Positions 37,348 through 41,419 of a DNA stretch of 41,419 nucleotides are shown here, piece by piece. Position numbers and translations under genes: made by a program. The DNA is taken from contig JAUYIQ010000056.1 in assembly GCA_030688205.1 (NCBI GenBank), forward strand, positions 1 through 41,419. Reading direction: 5' to 3'. This stretch comes from Candidatus Curtissbacteria bacterium (lineage in GTDB: Bacteria > Patescibacteriota > Microgenomatia > Curtissbacterales > GWA2-41-24). The notes beneath the pieces are model-generated. The model had not been told where the DNA came from, searched no databases, and saw only the letters and a list, made by a program, of their open reading frames with translations. Within the stretch, counting starts at the first letter, position 1; every line of letters starts with the position of its first letter.

Positions 37348-38007
37348 CTATTTTGAAGCTAGATTTGTGAATATAATCAGGTTTGTCAGAACAAATGTTG
37401 GGTTGACATTTTGGTTTATCATTAGTTTTGCTTCCTTATATTGTTCTATTAATCCACTGGTATAAACTGATTTAGGCTGATTTGCGCTGATATTTGTTAT
37501 CAATTGTTCGGTGAGTGCAATTATCTGAGTGTCCAAAAACTGTTTTGGGTCTTCTGTTTGGGTAATTTTTGATAAAGATGTTTCGAGGTTGTTGTTGGAA
37601 ACGATTTTTTCTAAGGGTTTTTGATCCTCTTTCACTTTTACCGTTACAACTCTAGAAATTATCGTTGGCAGTAAACCTGCTTTGTTTCGCGATTCTAAAA
37701 CAATTATTGCATGCGTTGGTGGCTCTTCGAGGATTTTCAAAATAGAATTTTGAGCTTCTATTTTTGCAGAATCTGCTTCCTCGATAATAATAAATTTGAA
37801 CTTTTGGGCAAGAGGTTTTTGGAATATATGTGCTTTTAATTCGCGAATCTGGTCAATTGCAATTGAATTCTTGAGTGGTTTTAAAAAAAAGACATCAGGA
37901 GAAGCTTTTGAAATGTCTATATTATTTTGAAGTGCAAGATCTGACGTTTTTTTTCTAATGGAATCTGCAGATGTGCCTATAATAAGGTAGCTTTGGAATT
38001 GAGACAT
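37348..38007 (-). CDS. holB: DNA polymerase III delta-prime-like clamp-loader subunit (short form)
   Basis: FIIIEEADSAKIEAQNSILKILEEPP and LLPTIISRV (SRC-like) motifs. Only 219 aa. The N-terminal P-loop is degenerate (IIGTSADSIRKK). Confidence 0.75.
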   Translation of the reverse strand: MSQFQSYLIIGTSADSIRKKTSDLALQNNIDISKASPDVFFLKPLKNSIAIDQIRELKAHIFQKPLAQKFKFIIIEEADSAKIEAQNSILKILEEPPTHAIIVLESRNKAGLLPTIISRVVTVKVKEDQKPLEKIVSNNNLETSLSKITQTEDPKQFLDTQIIALTEQLITNISANQPKSVYTSGLIEQYKEAKLMINQNVNPTFVLTNLIIFTNLASK

Positions 38008-38016
38008 GATGAAGTT

Positions 38017-38045
38017 ATTCTACCGTTGATATCCCCTATTTTCAA
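38017..38045 (-). promoter_or_regulatory. promoter TTGAAA-17 nt-TAGAAT, 9 nt upstream of the holB-like ATG (leaderless geometry)
   Basis: -35 at 38040-38045 and -10 at 38017-38022 (minus strand). ATG at 38007. Confidence 0.6.
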
Positions 38046-38113
38046 TCTGTACTTTTTGTTGCTATTATCGAGATAGTAGCCAAACAAATAGCCGCTTTCG
38101 GTGCGGTTGTTTT

Positions 38114-38122
38114 TGGTATAAA
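38114..38122 (+). promoter_or_regulatory. extended -10 (TGgTATAAA) 9 nt upstream of the pilB ATG
   Basis: TGGTATAAA, then aaaaatcaa, then ATG 38132. No Shine-Dalgarno. Confidence 0.45.
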
Positions 38123-38131
38123 AAAAATCAA

Positions 38132-39880
38132 ATGGCAGATGCTGCCCCAAACACAAACACGAGCGCTTCAAAAGTAGCTCATTCTCGTGCTACATACATT
38201 GAGGATGTACTAGCCGCTAAAGGTCTTTTAACCACTCAGCAACTCACTTTTATTAAGAGTGAGTCTAAAAGAAGACAAGAACCACCTGAAAAAATTCTGT
38301 CTCAAATGGGGTGGGTATCTCAAGAACAATTAGCCTCTGCAAGAGCAGATGTCATTGGTGTTCCTTACGTGGATCCTTCTACAGCGCCAATTTCGCCTGA
38401 AGTTCTAGCTTTTTTGCCCGAAGAAGTTGCGAAAAGATTTGTGGTCATTCCTACTGCAAAAGAAGGTGATACTTTGTCTGTAGCCATGGTAGATCCTTTG
38501 GACTTGCAGGTTTTGGAATTTATCGAGAAAAAAAGTGGTTATGCTGTCAGGCCTTATATTGCTACTGCCGACGCTATAAATCGCGCAATTGCCGAACAAT
38601 ATACGAGAGGGCTTTCTTTCGAGGTTGGAGAGGCTTTAAAAGAAGCTTCTACGAATGTAATCATGCCTCTAACCGGTCCAGAGTCGATAACAGGAGTATT
38701 GGGAGAAGCACCTATTGCCCGAATAGTTTCAACGCTTTTGGAGTATGGCATTCGCGTTCGGGCGTCGGACATTCATATTGAGCCTCTGGAGAACGAGACC
38801 AGAATTAGATATAGAATTGACGGAATTTTACACGAGAAGTTGATTCTACCGAGGCGTATTCACGATGCAATCGTTTCCAGAATAAAAATTCTTGGAAATA
38901 TGAAGATTGATGAAAGGCGTTTGCCGCAAGATGCCCGGTTTAATTTTAAAATTGGGCAAGAAGATATTGATTTACGTCTTTCAACAATGCCAACTGCTTA
39001 CGGTGAAAAAATTGTAATGAGGCTTTTGAAAAAGTCCGGCGGAGTACCTACTCTACCCGAACTTGGACTTCGTGGAATGGCACTTAAGCATCTTGAAGAA
39101 AATATTGCAAGGCCGCACGGGATTATTTTGATTACAGGTCCGACCGGGAGTGGAAAAACTACTACTCTTTACTCTATTTTGTCCAAGTTAAATTCGACAA
39201 GAGTGAATATTGTAACGCTTGAAGATCCAATTGAGTATCAAATTGCGGGCGTGAATCAGGAACAGATTAATCAAAAGGCCGGGTTGACGTTTGCTTCAGG
39301 ACTTAGGTCTTTTTTACGTCAGGACCCGAACATTATTATGGTTGGAGAGATTCGTGATAATGAAACCAGTGATCTTGCGATTCAAGCTTCCTTAACCGGA
39401 CATTTGGTGTTTTCTACTTTGCATACGAATAATGCTGCAGGTGCTTTGCCCAGGCTTCTGGATATGAAAGCCCAGCCGTATTTAATTGCATCAACAGTTA
39501 CATGTGTTGTTGGCCAAAGGGTAGTCAGGATGATTTGCCAAACGTGTAAGGGGCCAAAAGTTATGAGTGAGGAAATTCTTGCTACAATAAAGAAAAGCTT
39601 GGGTAGTCTCTATAACTTTGATAAAGCTAAGGTCTCTCTTTATATTGGCCGCGGATGCAAAGAGTGTAACAATACAGGCTATTTGGGACGTATTGCTATT
39701 TTTGAGGTTTTAGTTGTTTCGGTGAAGGTTGCTGAGCTTATTTTGACTCATGCAACATCGCAAAATATTGAAAAGCAGGCAATTTCTGAAGGAATGATTA
39801 CAATGAAACAAGATGGGTTTTTGAAGGTTTTGGAAGGTGTCACATCAATTGAGGAGGTTTTGAGAGTAGCCGAAGAGTAA
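38132..39880 (+). CDS. pilB: type IV pilus assembly ATPase PilB / GspE family
   Basis: 582 aa. N-terminal T2SSE_N domain. Walker A GPTGSGKTTT, Asp/His boxes, and a C-terminal CxxC...CxxC zinc motif. Confidence 0.92.
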   Translation: MADAAPNTNTSASKVAHSRATYIEDVLAAKGLLTTQQLTFIKSESKRRQEPPEKILSQMGWVSQEQLASARADVIGVPYVDPSTAPISPEVLAFLPEEVAKRFVVIPTAKEGDTLSVAMVDPLDLQVLEFIEKKSGYAVRPYIATADAINRAIAEQYTRGLSFEVGEALKEASTNVIMPLTGPESITGVLGEAPIARIVSTLLEYGIRVRASDIHIEPLENETRIRYRIDGILHEKLILPRRIHDAIVSRIKILGNMKIDERRLPQDARFNFKIGQEDIDLRLSTMPTAYGEKIVMRLLKKSGGVPTLPELGLRGMALKHLEENIARPHGIILITGPTGSGKTTTLYSILSKLNSTRVNIVTLEDPIEYQIAGVNQEQINQKAGLTFASGLRSFLRQDPNIIMVGEIRDNETSDLAIQASLTGHLVFSTLHTNNAAGALPRLLDMKAQPYLIASTVTCVVGQRVVRMICQTCKGPKVMSEEILATIKKSLGSLYNFDKAKVSLYIGRGCKECNNTGYLGRIAIFEVLVVSVKVAELILTHATSQNIEKQAISEGMITMKQDGFLKVLEGVTSIEEVLRVAEE

Positions 39881-39883
39881 GAA

Positions 39884-39911
39884 AATTTTCAATTTGCAAT
39901 TCTCACTTTTC
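39884..39911 (+). repeat. heptamer array AATTTTC-AATTTGC-AATTCTC-ACTTTTC
   Basis: Four 7-nt units starting 4 nt after the pilB stop. Confidence 0.65.
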
Positions 39912-39927
39912 ATTGAATTTTCAATGA
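39910..39927. promoter_or_regulatory. perfect palindrome TCATTGAA-tt-TTCAATGA in the pilB-pilT spacer
   Basis: 8-bp arms with a 2-nt centre. Could be an operator or a small hairpin. Confidence 0.35.
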
Positions 39928-39963
39928 GTTAATTTTCAAATTGAGACATTGTTAATTGATTGA

Positions 39964-39991
39964 AAATTGTAAATTAGAAATTGTAAATTAA
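39964..39991 (+). repeat. heptamer/14-mer array AAATTGT-AAATTAG-AAATTGT-AAATTAA
   Basis: Two 14-nt units (four heptamers) ending 4 nt before the pilT ATG. Confidence 0.7.
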
Positions 39992-39995
39992 ATCA

Positions 39996-41051
39996 ATGTC
40001 GATACAAGAGTTCTTAGAGATTGTTGTTAAAAAAGAGGCTTCGGATTTACACTTGGTTGTGGGAACTCCTGCAATGGTAAGAGTGGACGGGCAGTTAATG
40101 CCGGTTTCTGCCGCAGCGCTTACTCCTGAAGAAACAGAGACTTTGGTTTTTGAACTTCTTTCGCCTGAACAAAAAGAATTACTTTTGGTAAACAAAGAGC
40201 TGGATTTTTCATTCGCCTTGGGAGATGTAGCGAGATTCAGGGTAAATGCTTATTACCAAAAGGGATATTTGTCCGCAGCTTTGAGGTTAATCCCCTCTTA
40301 CATAAAGACTATTGAGGAATTGAATCTGCCGAGAATTTGCCATAAATTTGCTAAACTGCGACAAGGTTTTATTTTGGTTACCGGTCCGACTGGTCACGGC
40401 AAATCTACTTCGATTGCTTCCATGATAAACGAGATTAACCAAACCAAAGCGCTTCATATTGTAACTATCGAAGATCCAATTGAATACGTGTATCCTAAGG
40501 CTAAGTCATTGGTTTCGCAGAGGGAAATGCATTTAGACACGCATTCGTGGGACGTTGCACTCAGGTCGGTTTTGAGGGAGGACCCCGATGTTGTTCTGGT
40601 CGGTGAAATGAGAGACTTTGAAACTATAGCGTCTGCAATTACTGTTGCTGAAACCGGGCATTTGGTTTTTGCAACGTTGCATACAAACTCTGCTGCGCAG
40701 TCAATTGACAGAATCATCGACGTTTTTCCGGAAAATCAGCAGGCGCAGGTGAGGATGCAATTGGCGTCAACTATAGCAGGTATAGTTTCGATAAGACTGG
40801 TAAGCGCAATAGGTGGAGGCAGACTTCCGGCAGTTGAGATACTTCTGGCAAGCTCTGCGGTACAAACGTCGGTGCGCGAAGGTAAAACTCATATGATTGA
40901 TAACATAATACAAACATCCGGTGCTGAAGGCATGATTCTTATGGATGCATCTCTCGCGTATTTAGTGCGCGCCGGACGAATTTCACTTGATGTTGCCCAA
41001 ACTTACTGTGTGAGGCCTGAAGAGCTTGATCGGATGATCGGAGGGGAATGA
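39996..41051 (+). CDS. pilT: type IV pilus retraction (twitching motility) ATPase PilT
   Basis: 351 aa. ASDLHL motif, Walker A GPTGHGKST, and GHLVFATLHTNSA. Confidence 0.93.
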   Translation: MSIQEFLEIVVKKEASDLHLVVGTPAMVRVDGQLMPVSAAALTPEETETLVFELLSPEQKELLLVNKELDFSFALGDVARFRVNAYYQKGYLSAALRLIPSYIKTIEELNLPRICHKFAKLRQGFILVTGPTGHGKSTSIASMINEINQTKALHIVTIEDPIEYVYPKAKSLVSQREMHLDTHSWDVALRSVLREDPDVVLVGEMRDFETIASAITVAETGHLVFATLHTNSAAQSIDRIIDVFPENQQAQVRMQLASTIAGIVSIRLVSAIGGGRLPAVEILLASSAVQTSVREGKTHMIDNIIQTSGAEGMILMDASLAYLVRAGRISLDVAQTYCVRPEELDRMIGGE

Positions 41052-41419
41052 GCTTATACAGTTTTAGTGCAAAAGATATTAACGGTAAGAAGTATATAGG
41101 TGAGGTTGAGGTTTTAGATGAAAGGGTTCTTGTTACTACTCTTCAAAAACAAGGTTTAACGCCGATTTTTATAAAACCGAAAAATACGTTTTCGGTAAAG
41201 ATTTCGTTCATTCCTAAATTTGGAAGATCTGTTTCGACTTCTGATGTAGTGGGTTTTACAAGACAGCTATCTACGATGATTTCTGCCGGTCTGCCTCTTA
41301 CGGATTCGCTGGTAATTCTTGAAAAACAATCCAAAAATGGATATTTTGCCAGAGTCATCGGTGAGGTTGTTGCAGATGTTGAGGGAGGAATGTCACTTTC
41401 TTCGGCTTTAGCCAAACAC
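41048..41419 (+). CDS. pilC: type IV pilus platform protein PilC/GspF, N-terminal fragment (runs off the window)
   Basis: ATGA overlap with pilT. Open frame to the window end, translating MSLYSFSAKDINGKKYIGEVEV...FTRQLSTMISAGLPLTDSLVILEKQ, which is typical of the PilC N-domain. Missing from the ORF track because it has no stop. Confidence 0.85.
   Translation, partial: MSLYSFSAKDINGKKYIGEVEVLDERVLVTTLQKQGLTPIFIKPKNTFSVKISFIPKFGRSVSTSDVVGFTRQLSTMISAGLPLTDSLVILEKQSKNGYFARVIGEVVADVEGGMSLSSALAKH

Overview
Gene-dense, visibly AT-rich bacterial chromosomal segment. It uses the standard genetic code: TGA, TAA and TAG all act as stops in conserved genes. I support one tRNA and about 40 protein genes.

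Housekeeping genes: pepA-efp, an lgt-like/dksA-like/lspA/pseudouridine synthase operon, yebC, pyrH, ruvC, xerC-like, carA-carB, holB-like, gyrB...gyrA, and a type IV pilus ATPase/platform cluster pilB-pilT-pilC.

Compact or truncated housekeeping genes, lineage-specific inserts in CarB and many short hypothetical genes suggest a streamlined uncultivated lineage, possibly CPR/Patescibacteria-like. That placement is inference only.

Most interesting observations:
1. Three unknown, translationally coupled ORFs sit between gyrB and gyrA.
2. GyrB carries a 434-aa intein with an HNH-type nuclease and basic W-rich repeats.
3. A three-gene split ATP-citrate-lyase-like set: ACL-type ATP-grasp subunit, SucD-like subunit and a short citrate-synthase-fold lyase.
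4. Heptanucleotide tandem arrays are dispersed in 5' leaders and operon spacers, and lie in frame inside carB.
5. A 921-bp ORF-poor island is packed with such arrays.
6. A perfect 22-nt direct repeat brackets a methyltransferase gene.
7. A -10 box recurs 6-9 nt upstream of ATG at 11 genes, implying leaderless mRNAs.

No CRISPR array, rRNA or classical transposon was seen.
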